Shown piece by piece: positions 26,505-37,889 of a stretch of DNA of 64,000 nucleotides. Position 1 is the first letter of the stretch. The number at the start of each line of letters is the position of its first letter. Origin of the DNA: Octopus sinensis (taxonomy: Eukaryota); contig NC_043003.1 of NCBI RefSeq assembly GCF_006345805.1, positions 4,836,001-4,900,000 on the forward strand, given 5' to 3'. The notes under the pieces are model-generated. The model worked only from the letters and a program-made list of their open reading frames with translations, searched no databases and was not told where the DNA came from. The translations under genes were made by a program, and so were the position numbers.

Positions 26505-26840
26505 TGTGTACCGTTGGCGACTTTTTTTCTTCTGTCTTCCCTTCTCCTATGTTTCCGACGAAGAGCTCCGCTCGAAAGGTTAAACCCTCCTTCTTTCCTT
26601 ATTTCCTGAGCGTCCAATAATACTGTATTTCTTCCACGTCCTCGCGTTGTTGTGGGTTTTTTTTGTGCTTTCTTCTTTAGATTAACTATATATATATCTT
26701 GTTTTTTTTTCTGTGTCCCTTTCTGGAGAAGAGCGTAGCCTCGAAACGTAAAAGGCTTTTTCTATTCTTGAGCGTTATACTAATACATCTGTTTGTTTTG
26801 TACACCACCTGTCTTCGTCTTTTGTTTTTTTCGTAAACTC
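26505..26840 (+). mobile_element. Two head-to-tail Penelope-like terminal-repeat units (subfamily A then B), each with a hammerhead-like motif
   Basis: Motif 1 at 26551-26585: guuu CCGACGA A gagc-ucc-gcuc GAA AGGU U aaac. Motif 2 at 26718-26755: ccuuu CUGGAGA A gag..cuc GAA ACGU A aaagg. Confidence 0.6.
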
Positions 26841-27571
26841 TGGGAGATGCTAGATACATATACATACACACATATATATATTTATAACCTAGAAATTAGC
26901 AATGTCACGGCTGCTATGCAGACCTCTGCAGCAAAGTGACATCCCAACATTGACCGAATAAACGCAAGAATACACTAAACATAAACAGTCTAATATACAA
27001 GCCAGAAAACATACATAGCTATCATTGCCTTTTACCTCTGTATCCATTACTCGAGTCAATCATCTATCATGGTGCTTATCACTGTGTCGACCGACATCAG
27101 AACCATCTTCCATCACTTGATATCTTTCTCTCTATCGACTACCTCTCTCTCTTTTTCTCTCCTTATATGTATCTATACTTATCACTCAGACGATTCCTTA
27201 TAGTCTCACTCATTCACACTCTCTCTCCTACTCATAAATATATTATTCTCCCTTTCTTTCTCTTTTACTCTTTTTTTTATACCCTCAGCGTACTTCAGTA
27301 CAATATCAACAGTTCAAAATCATCATGCGCACTACCCCTCCCCCCGACACCCTGTGCAGACTGATTACACATTGTAGGAGAGAGACATTACAATTTGGCG
27401 AGATGTCAGGAATAAATTGAAGCCAATCACCTGTGTAAACGTGTAAACTTTACAATTATACACATAGAATATACACACAAATAAATACATACATACAAAC
27501 ATACATACATACATAGCGGCATACACTCATAAATACATACATGTATGTATGCAGGCATGTATATATATAGT

Positions 27572-27616
<45 letters not shown>

Positions 27617-27660
27617 ATATTATATATATATGTATATATATATACACACATATATATCCA

Positions 27661-27950
27661 CATATGCGTCTTGTGTCTTTTGGTGCAAATATGTAATATG
27701 ATCGATCACGTAAATACGCACACGAACATATACACTTATTACAGGGAGGGAGAGATAGAAGAGAGAGAGAGAGAGAAATAATAGATACAAATATATGTAT
27801 ATCTGGTATATGTATATATTAATATATGTATGTATATACGTAATATATCCTTACATTATATATTATATATGTATACATATATATATATTAATATATATGT
27901 AAATATATATTTACATATATATATATAATGTATTTACATATATATAATAT

Positions 27951-27981
<31 letters not shown>

Positions 27982-28387
27982 TTATATATATATATATATA
28001 TATAATACGTACACACATACGCATTATACCCAAAATGCAATACGATGACATCTAATCTCCATGCTCATGCATTAGAATGTCTTATTTGATATAAAAGTGG
28101 TGTTATATACTTATCAGAGTGTGATATAGAGACATAATTATTTATCAAATATATGTTAGTATTTATTTAGATATTCATTTATTAGTGTACTTATAGTTTA
28201 TATATATATATATATATGCTTTGTTTTGGATAGTAGAGGCCTACATTGCGCAGGCGGTACAAAGTAGAGAAGCTCGGTCAACTTCCTCTATCACTAGAAA
28301 CAATACAGATAAGAATCAATTACATGGACAGACGGTGCCCCAGCTTGGGCTCAGTGTCTGCCTGAGATCATTGAGAGTAAAAAGACA

Positions 28388-28430
<43 letters not shown>

Positions 28431-28719
28431 ATATATATACACATATGCGTCATTGTGTCTTTTGGTGCAAATATGTAATATGATCGATCACGTAAATACG
28501 CACACGAACATATACACTTATTACAGGGAGGGAGAGATAGAGAGAGAGAGAGAGAGAGAAATAATAGATACAAATATATGTATATCTGGGTATATGTATA
28601 TATTAATATATGTATGTATATACGTAAATATATCCTTACATATTATATATATATATGATACATATATATATTAATATATATGTAAATATATATTTACATA
28701 TATATATATATGTATTTAC

Positions 28720-28788
<69 letters not shown>

Positions 28789-29175
28789 GTACACACATAC
28801 GCATTATACCCAAAATGCAATTACGATGACATCTAATCTCCATGCTCATGCATTAGAATGTCTTATTTGATATAAAAGTGGTGTTATATACTTATCAGAG
28901 TGTGATATAGAGACATAATTATTTATCAAATATATGTTAGTATTTATTTAGATATTCATTTATTAGTGTACTTATAGTTTATAATATATATATATATATG
29001 CTTTGTTTTGGATAGTAGAGGAGCCTACATTGCGGCAGGCGGTACAAAGTAGAGAAGCTCGGTCAAACTTCCTCTATCACTAGAAACAATACAGATAAGA
29101 ATCAATTACATGGACAGACGGTGCCCCAGCTTGGGCTCAGTGTCTGCCTGAGATCATTGAGAGTAAAAAGACAAG

Positions 29176-29200
<25 letters not shown>
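27661..29200. repeat. Near-identical tandem duplication, period ~781 bp
   Basis: catatgcgtc starts at 27661 and 28442, and both copies end at aaaagacaagatatat. Differences outside the TA tracts are 1-2-bp indels. Confidence 0.9.
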
Positions 29201-29206
<6 letters not shown>

Positions 29207-29814
29207 ATATATAGAATATATATATATATATATCTACATAGCTTCTATCACTCTCTTCTATCTTTTCTCTTTTCAAAGTAAATATGTCTCCCACCGTTCA
29301 CAATTTTCCTCTCGTTCTGGTCTGACGACGTTCCTGGTTTGTTTTCGTTCGGTTTCCTTGTATGTCTCTACTGTCCTGCTTTTGTTCCCAACTTTGACCC
29401 TCCATAAATCCAAAATATAGTTTTGAATTTTATGTGAACAACTGTCTTCGAAGACTCCTACCGAACGCTCAAGATGAGGAGTAGCTAGACATCCGACAAC
29501 TGATGAAGGGTCATTCTTTGTATTATCTGTCCCGTGTTCCATTTTCTCTCTGGTTGTTTGCGTATTGAACTCATTTATTTCGTACTTCATGTTGTTTACA
29601 CAGTTTTGGACGTCTTATAACCATATATGCATATATAAATATATTATTATTATTATTATTATTTAATTGAACGTCATGCATCCATTTCCAAGTTAGTTTA
29701 TACACACACACACACCACAAGCACATATAGATAGACAGGTTGATAGATATGCATTATTTACACATGTGACAACACACATCCACAGATATAGAGACACGCA
29801 TGCATATATACATA

Positions 29815-29935
29815 TGTGACGCCGAAGACATAACTGGTACTATGAAAGCCGAGGAAGAAAAGAACAGACGTATGAGAATTAAAGATTTATTCATTATCAA
29901 ACAATCTGCTCCACTTCACATCAAAAACTAACGGG
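29815..29935 (-). mobile_element. Possible LTR 3' end (solo-LTR fragment)
   Basis: The minus strand has AATAAA followed ~60 nt later by ...cttcggcgtcaCA, a TG..CA-type terminus. No partner end was found. Confidence 0.3.
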
Positions 29936-30480
29936 AGTTGTTCATTGATTCAAATATTCAAATTGACTTTCTCCGAACTCCTCACCACATGACATATATT
30001 CCGATGTACAAATAAATAAAAAAAATTAAAGAAAACCTCATAGAACACGAAATATATTTTCTTTGTCTTTCTATTTTACTCACATCCACTAATTTTGCCA
30101 TCATAGAGGTAAGGTTATTTGACAAATTATGATTGTCTGTCTCGTTCTGTTTGCAGAAAAAGATCTTTGGCCATCAAAATAAATGAATTATTCACTGCTA
30201 GAAATAAAAGAACAATATTTGGTGTCATGTATATGTTTAATCTCTCTGCTAAATTGCTTTGCCAGCTTTACTAAACAGCATTTGTTTGATATGTCACACA
30301 CACATACACACACGCACATACACATAAACATACACACTCGCACACACACACATATGCGCAAAAGTATTAAGATATATATATATATATATATATATATGTC
30401 TGTATGTGTATGTCTCTGTGAGTAGATATATATGTGAGTGTCTCTCTCTCTCTCTCTGTATATATATAAATATATATATA

Positions 30481-30777
30481 TAATGGGTGCCGATTTATAG
30501 GGTTATCCTGTGTTTCTCGCTCATAAGGGGTTTCATCTTACAGCGTAACTGCCGACCCCAAACACTACTGGCTTAAAATCTCTTCAAAATATCTAAGGGT
30601 TACGGCATATCTTCAGATCCCAAACACTGCTGGACTAAGACCTCTTCAAAATATATCACTTCAAGATATTTTGAAGAGGCCTTAGGCCAGCAGTGTTCGG
30701 GATACGAAGATACGCCGTAAGTCTAGAGCCCTTATGAGTGTGAAACAGAGGGTAACACCATAAACCGGCTCCCATTA
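30481..30777. mobile_element. ~300-bp fold-back MITE with an internal ~60-bp duplication
   Basis: Outer ~49-bp arms are ~80% identical (taatgggtgccgatttatagggttatcc.. / ..ggtaacaccataaaccggctcccatta). Inner ~55-bp arms are ttacggc..ctcttcaaaatat / atattttgaagag..gccgtaa. Ends are TA. Confidence 0.75.
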
Positions 30778-30861
30778 TAATATTAACTTTTCTGCATCTC
30801 AGAGTGTGCTTCTCTCCCGGATTTATGTATTTCAACAAACGACACACATATATATATATAT

Positions 30862-31015
30862 TGGGTGTGTGGTAAGTAGCTTCCTTACCAACCACATGGT
30901 TCCGGGTTCAGCCCACTGCATGGCACCGTGGGCAAGTGTCTTATGCTATAGACACAGGCCGATCAAAGCCTTATGAGTAGATTTGGTGGACGGAAACTGA
31001 AAGAAGCCCGTCGTA
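30862..31015 (+). mobile_element. SINE family B 5' half
   Basis: gtgtgtggtaagtagcttcc...ggcaagtgtctt...ggaaactgaaagaagcccgtcgtatata. Confidence 0.8.
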
Positions 31016-31034
31016 TATATATATATATTCATAT

Positions 31035-31325
31035 CATCATCATCATCGTTTAACGTCCGCTTTCCATGCTAGCATGGGTTGGACGATTCTGACTGAGGGC
31101 TGGCGAACAAGATGGCTGCACCAGGCTTCAATCTTGATCTGGCAGAGTTTCTACAGCTGGGTGCCATTCCTAACGCCAACCACTCCAAGAGTGTAGTGGG
31201 TACTTTTTATGTGCCACCGGCACGGGAGCCAGTCAGGCGTTACTGGCAATGACCTCGCTCGAATCTTTTTACATGTGTCACCGGCACAGGTGACAGTGAA
31301 GCGACGTTGGTAACGATCACGCTCA
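31035..31325 (-). mobile_element. Retroposon 3' end with (GAT)n tail (RTE-like 3' sequence)
   Basis: The (cat)n tail is at 31035-31049 on +. The internal tttctacagctgggtgccattcctaacgccaacc resembles a common RTE-type 3' motif (from recollection). Confidence 0.5.
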
Positions 31326-31329
31326 TATA

Positions 31330-31378
<49 letters not shown>

Positions 31379-31380
31379 TA

Positions 31381-31856
31381 TATATTTGTTAAAAAATGAA
31401 GTTCGAAAATGCTGCTGTATTATACAATTTTTTATTTTTATATATACATTATAACATGTTTCAGTTCCTGAAATGAACCTTATCAAAAAAAGTTATATAT
31501 AAAAAGAGACAGCTCATGCCGTCATGACCGCTTTCCACCACTTTGATCTGTTTTTTGTATTGAATACGTATCGCCACCGTGGGCCACTGCATCGAACACT
31601 TTGAACATATACTTCAAACTATATATCAACTATACATGAACTATATATCAACTATACATGAACTCTAAGATGTCTGACTCCGTTGTGTATTATAAATGAA
31701 TTTCTTGTGTTTGACGGCATGAGCTGTCTCTTTTTATATATAACTTTTTTTGATAAGGTTCATTTCAGGAACTGAAACATGTTATAATGTATATATAAAA
31801 ATTAAAAATTGTATAATACAGCAGCATTTTCGAACTTCATTTTTTAACAAATATAT
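31381..31856. repeat. ~145-bp near-perfect inverted repeat with ~190-bp spacer
   Basis: The left arm 31381-31523 (tatatttgttaaaaaatgaag...gccgtca) is the reverse complement of 31712-31856. Confidence 0.95.
31731..31801 (+). ncRNA. Hammerhead-like motif with U3-A8 core (mirror copy on minus strand in the left arm)
   Basis: UUGAUAA (31750-31756), stem II gguuc/gaacu, GAA ACAUGU U. Stem I is weak next to the core but has an 11-bp distal helix tttttatatat/atatataaaaa. Confidence 0.4.
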
Positions 31857-32122
31857 ACCTACTGTATACGAGCTAATCCTATTATAAATATATTATATAT
31901 ATAGATATATATATATATTATATATAGGGTATATGCATATACCATATATATATATATAATATATATATACATATACATATATATATACATGTACATATAT
32001 ATATACATGTACATATATATATATACATGTACATATATATATACATGTACATATATATATATACATGTACATATATATATACATGTACATATATTATATA
32101 CATGTACATATATTATATACAT

Positions 32123-32166
<44 letters not shown>

Positions 32167-32849
32167 CATATATATGTATATATTTTGCTTTAATATGTAT
32201 ATGTTTGTATGTTTGTTGCAGTTTTTGCGTCAATCTTTTTGTTAATCCTGATAATCATCTTGATAATGCAATGAGAGTCTTCTCCTCTGGGTTTGCATTG
32301 AATGCGTTCTTTATCTTGTTCTGTGTCGGAACGAATTCGTTGCTACGAAACAATAGTTGTACTCAGTAATCACTGAATCTGAAATCAAAAATACCGCAGT
32401 GTGAACATCAATGACATTGATGCAGAGACATCGTCTTTTGTACAGATCTTTATCATCATCTTGGTCGATCAATCACATTCAAAGTCGATCATTCTGCTTG
32501 CTCTATGGCAGATATTTTTGCTTCTCTCACGGTATTATGAAACCCAAGCATTTGTGACTCCATATCTTATCTCAGACTTTATACACATCTGTTGGGTGAC
32601 ATTTCTTCTTTTAATTATGTCAGTCATTAGGCTGCGGCCATACTGGAGCAACATCCTTTTAGACGACTCCAGAACTTTTTTTCAAGCCTGGCACTTACTC
32701 TATCCATTTCTTTTGCCCAACCGTTAAGTTACAGAAATGTAACACACCAATACCAGTTCTCGAGCAAGGTTCGCAGACAAACACAGACACAAAGACACAC
32801 ACACTCACACACACATACACACACACACACACTATATATATATATATGC

Positions 32850-33110
32850 TTCATAACTTAAAATTGAATAGAAGATCTGAAATCCACCTGATGAATGTCC
32901 TTAGAAGAGACACGAAACAATTGTAGTGGCGAATTTAATTTTATTTAATTTATATTAAATTTTTTTATGTATTGGATTAAGTCTTTCTTTGTTTGATTTG
33001 CAAAATAGTGGTTTTGTCTCTAATTAATATATATATATTTTACTATAAAATTGGATTCAATCCTAAATCTGATTTTTCCCTGTAAATTTGGATTTATTCC
33101 CTAATATTAT
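32850..33110 (+). mobile_element. Penelope-like terminal-repeat remnant
   Basis: A hammerhead motif is followed by an AT-rich body (taaaattggattcaatcctaaatc..). The PLE origin is inferred. Confidence 0.55.
32884..32929 (+). ncRNA. Minimal type-I hammerhead ribozyme-like motif
   Basis: ccac CUGAUGA a-uguc-cuuagaaga-gaca-c GAA ACAAUUGU A gugg. Stem I is ccac/gugg, stem III is an 8-nt palindrome, the cleavage triplet is GUA, and the base of stem II is an A-C mismatch. Confidence 0.7.
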
Positions 33111-33150
<40 letters not shown>

Positions 33151-33954
33151 GACTGGCTTCTTTCAGTTTCTGTCTACCAAATCCACTCGCCAGGATACGG
33201 TTGGCCCAAGGTTACAGTTGAAGCCTCTTGCCCAAGGTGACACGCTGTGGTACTGAACTCAGTGTCATGTGGTTAGGAGGTAAAGTGCTTACTACACCGC
33301 TACGTTTTCATCTATTTTTGGTTTTTCTCTGAAATAAGTGAGACAAGCGCTAACTTAATTTCAATCTTTAAAGGAAATCAGCAATCCATTTGTCTTATTA
33401 AGCCAACGTTTTCAACACGTGACACACGTTTCTATGGCTGACATCGTCAAAGACTTTGACATAAGTATGCAGTCAACGATGGCGAATTCGTGTCACAATA
33501 TCCTCGGGCCAGAGGCTATGCTCAGTTGTTTAAAAGCTATTAACGGCATAGAAGTTCTGTTACTCTTCTGCACATCAAATTCTCTAGGACGTTTTGCTGT
33601 ATACAAAACATACATACATAAGTACATACATATATACATACAGGCACACAAAAACACATATATCTATACACACACATACATAATTATGCATGTTTATATT
33701 TATATGCATGTATATGTATATATATGTATATATCTGTATATATATATATATACATATATTATATATATAATCTGTGTATACATATATATATATGTGCGTG
33801 TGTGTATATAATCATATACACACACACATATATATGTATATTATATTATAATCTTATATACATATAATTTATAATCATATATACACGCACATGTATCCAT
33901 GCATACATACAGTATATATATACATAATATATACATATATAAGATATATATATG

Positions 33955-34079
<125 letters not shown>

Positions 34080-34654
34080 TAGATAGATAGATAGATAGAT
34101 AGACTCCGTTGTACTTGAAATATATTACTAAAGTTTTCTTGCATGTAAGCGGCCCTGACTAATCCAAGTGAACGAAGCACCGACATCACCAATCCTTGTT
34201 GCTAATAAATCAGACGAAGAACCAAATAAACTTCACCGATTCCCAACCAAGAATTTGAAGCGAACTGCTGCACATCATTAGGAACGGTGCCAACCTCTTC
34301 CATCTGCGTTTATGTGACGACGCTTCGTGTCTATTTTTGTTCTAAACATATTGTATTTTTCTATTGTCTGCTTTTTTTCTTTAAACTAACGTTGGCGGAT
34401 ATTTTTTTTTTTTATATATTTTCTTTCTTTTTATTTTAACAAAATATAGCAATCACTCTTTTTTTTATTTGACATTCGCTTTGGCAAATATACATGCGTT
34501 AAATGGTAAATGTTGCCAGGTATGTGTATAAATGTGCGACGGCAAAACGCATACGCACATTTCAATATTTGCATCTAGGCGTGTGTGTGTCGCCGTTGAT
34601 ATACATACATATCCCTATCCCTATATTATACATATATATATATATATATATATA

Positions 34655-34699
<45 letters not shown>

Positions 34700-35497
34700 A
34701 TATATATTTAAATACAGATGTCTGTGTGTGTATATGTATATATACATATATATATATATTCAAATATATATTCTGTATATATATATAATATATTGTGTGT
34801 GTGTGGTGTGTGTGTGTGTGAGTGTGAGTGTGTGTGTATGTATATATGTATATATCTATATGTATATACATGTATGTACTTATGGGTATATGAGAGAGAG
34901 TGAGATAGATAGATAGATAGAGATGGAGAGAGAGTGTTTGTGTTAATGTATGTGTGTGTGTAAACATATGTGATGAACATATCGTATACCAAATTCATTT
35001 AATCAACAAAATGAGAATTCAAGACAAGCTTTGTCTTCTGCCTTTGACATTTACGGATTGAATTCTTCATTGTCGTCGTCGTCGTCGTCGTCGTCGTCTG
35101 TGTAGTTATTGGTGTTGCTGTGTCCCAGATCAACCCGCACTGATCGGTTCTAATATCAAAATAGTTCAACAAGTCACTAGACCCCGCGATTTATAAATTT
35201 AGCTCTACATTATCCGGATTAAATTATGTTGTATACGAATATCTCTTATACACAAACACACCAAGACACACACACACACACACACACTCACACACACACA
35301 CTCACACAGTCACAAACACACACACACAAGCACGCACACACAGACACTCACTCATACATGTATAAGAGAAATAATGATAAACACAAGCTTATAGTAAAGT
35401 CTCTTAATGCATTTCCCCATTATGGTTATTTGATATCTCCCAATAGTTATTCCTTGAGCTGAAGTACAACGAATCATCAGGAAACACTTCATTGCAT

Positions 35498-35539
<42 letters not shown>

Positions 35540-35542
<3 letters not shown>

Positions 35543-35790
35543 CAGTCATTTGACTGCGGCCATGCTGTAGCACCGCCTTTTAGTCGAGCAAATCGACCCC
35601 AGGACTTATTCTTTTGTAAGCCCAGTACTTATTCTATCGGTCTCTTTTGCCGAACCGCTAAGTGACGGGGACGTAAACACACCAGCATCGGTTGTCAAGC
35701 AATGCTAGGGGGACAAACACAGACACACAAACATATACACACACACATATATATATACATATATACGACAGGCTTCTTTCAGTTTCATTG
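35540..35790 (-). mobile_element. SINE family B 3' half
   Basis: Nearly identical to 35945-36190 and truncated just past the TA spacer. Confidence 0.85.
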
Positions 35791-35944
35791 TTTGTGTGTG
35801 TGTGTGTGATAGTGTATTTTAACTGTCTTGGTGGGACAGTTTCACACCAGGGCCACTGCGCCTGCCGCCGTGATTGTGGAATGAACTTGACACTCATTCG
35901 GTTGTAATGATCCATACTCTTTACTCTCTTTTACTCTTTTACTT

Positions 35945-36330
35945 GTTTCAGTCATTTGACTGCGGCCATGCTGGAGCACCGCCTTTTAGTCGAGCAAATC
36001 GACCCCAGGACTTATTCTTTGTAAGCCCAGTACTTATTCTATCGGTTTCTTTTGCCGAACCGCTAAGTGACGGGGATGTAAACACACCAGCACCGGTTGT
36101 CAAGCAATGCTAGGGGGACAAACACAGACACACAAACATATACACACACACTTATATATATATATATACGACAGGCTTTTTTCAGTTTCCGTCTACCAAA
36201 TCCACTCACAAGGCATTGGTCGGCCCGGGGCTATAGCAGAAGACACTTGCTCAAGATGCCACGCAGTGGGACTGAACCCGGAACCATGTGGTTGGTTAGC
36301 AAGCTACTTACCACACAGCCACTCCTGCGC
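35945..36330 (-). mobile_element. SINE family B, full length
   Basis: Runs from the ataggcgcaggagtggctgtgtggtaag head to the ..gcagtcaaatgactgaaacaag end, followed by a (GAGTAAAA)n tail. Nearly identical to 56750-57145. Confidence 0.9.
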
Positions 36331-36598
36331 CTATACTGTGTCATATTGCTATAGATGTTAGCAATGTAAAAAGAACAACATAACAGAATATTGTGCGATG
36401 GAACCTTGAGTATTGCTTGATGAAATGATAGTATGAAAGTCGGTTGGTGCTTTGGTCGACAAAGCGGGAAATTGCTTCAGCAAATGTAAATATAAGGAAT
36501 ATATTAAATGGTAAAAAAAAGAGTTACATTAAAGGATCGGTGTCCTGAAATATCTCTATTTAGATTGTTATAGTTATCATGGTTAGGTCCATACACGA

Positions 36599-36698
36599 NN
36601 NNNNNNNNNNNNNNNNNNNNNNNNNNNNNNNNNNNNNNNNNNNNNNNNNNNNNNNNNNNNNNNNNNNNNNNNNNNNNNNNNNNNNNNNNNNNNNNNNN
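36599..36698. other. Assembly gap (100 N)
   Basis: Exactly 100 N, a placeholder scaffolding gap. Adjacency across it is not established. Confidence 1.
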
Positions 36699-36899
36699 GT
36701 CACAGCAGGGTACAACTTAACACCTACAGTAATTTAACACTGTAAAATAGAAACCATGTGTAGGGGTTACTTTAGTGTATTCAACCGATCCTTCTTCCGC
36801 ACAATACTGATAACAAGAAAGGTGATGGAATATTATTCAACTAAAATGTCTTTAAATCCTAAACCATCCATTCATCACACTGAAACATCATATTCTTCT

Positions 36900-37330
36900 C
36901 TTAGCAACCCCCTTCCGTTCACGACCATCTTGTAGACAAAATTTCGAAACAGCCTCCCACTCTTGACAATTTTACAATCACCATTACAACTCGCTCGCAC
37001 ATCAATGAAAAACGTAAATAGATTTCTACAAACTTGAAGAAGTACAAAGGGCTGGGTTCTTTCTTAGAAAGAGAATCCAGACTTTCATTCAGAACTCAAT
37101 AACACCAAATTGACCACCATTCGCAGTGCAGAAGATACATTGAACAAAATAATTATAGACTTAATCTTCTTTAAAAACCATATTCACAGAAGGCAACCTT
37201 AAGAAATAGAGTTACGATTCCGTACCAAAAATAGCTAACCTCGTAAAAAACGGAGACAGTCTCGCACAGATTACATCGAAACCACACACAGCAGAAATAT
37301 AAAAAAGCATCAAAGAAGCTAGACTAGGAA
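36900..37330 (+). mobile_element. Possible degenerate I/Jockey-group LINE endonuclease-RT linker
   Basis: NEKRK*ISTNLKK..W..DFHSELNN..IRSAEDTLNKII..KIANLVKNGD..KSIKEAR loosely resembles the KRTF.NF.KA.W linker. Several frameshifts are required. Confidence 0.35.
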
Positions 37331-37889
37331 ATCCTAGAATAACCATTAAAACAAAACAACAACAAAAACAAACAAAATATAAAACTGGGGAATATTTATA
37401 CACTACACAAACCATGATCACTAATCATCATCATCATCATCATCATTGCCATCATCATGACCACCTCCATCGTCATCGTGGTGGTGGTGGTGGTTTTAGT
37501 GGTCATCGTCGTCATAGGCAACACCGTAATCCTCAACACCATCTTTATCAACATTGTCGTCGTCGTCGTCGTTGTTGCCGTAGTCTTCATAGCTGTCTTG
37601 TAATTGTCATTTTATTCATCATAATCACCATCATCATCGCCGTCGTAGTTTTTTAATCATCATCTTCATCATCATCACAATCAACAACAACAACAGCGAT
37701 AACAACAGCTACGCGAGAACACAAATGTTACAATCACAGATAAAATACCCATAATGCAACGATACGGAATTGTACTTATCAGAGAGTTCTAGAATAAGAA
37801 AGAAACAAAGAAAAAAAATAAAAAACAGAAAAAATAAAAAGGAAAAGAAAATTACACAAACAAGGAGACAAAATTGTTAAGCTCCTTAA

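Larger units (their letters stand above)
32618..33300 (-). mobile_element. SINE family B split by a Penelope-like insertion (halves ~32618-32800 and ~33145-33300)
   Basis: Both halves match family B, and the intervening non-B sequence sits inside the (CA)/(TA) spacer. Confidence 0.75.

Noticed and set aside
29440-29530. CTGATGAAGGG and a nearby ccgaacgct resembling a PLE repeat
   Set aside because: The core halves are in the wrong order or incomplete, and no fold could be drawn.
34170-34285. PILVANKSD, resembling the small-GTPase NKxD motif
   Set aside because: The frame is bounded by stops, has no donor site before the stop, and no other G-box motifs are nearby.
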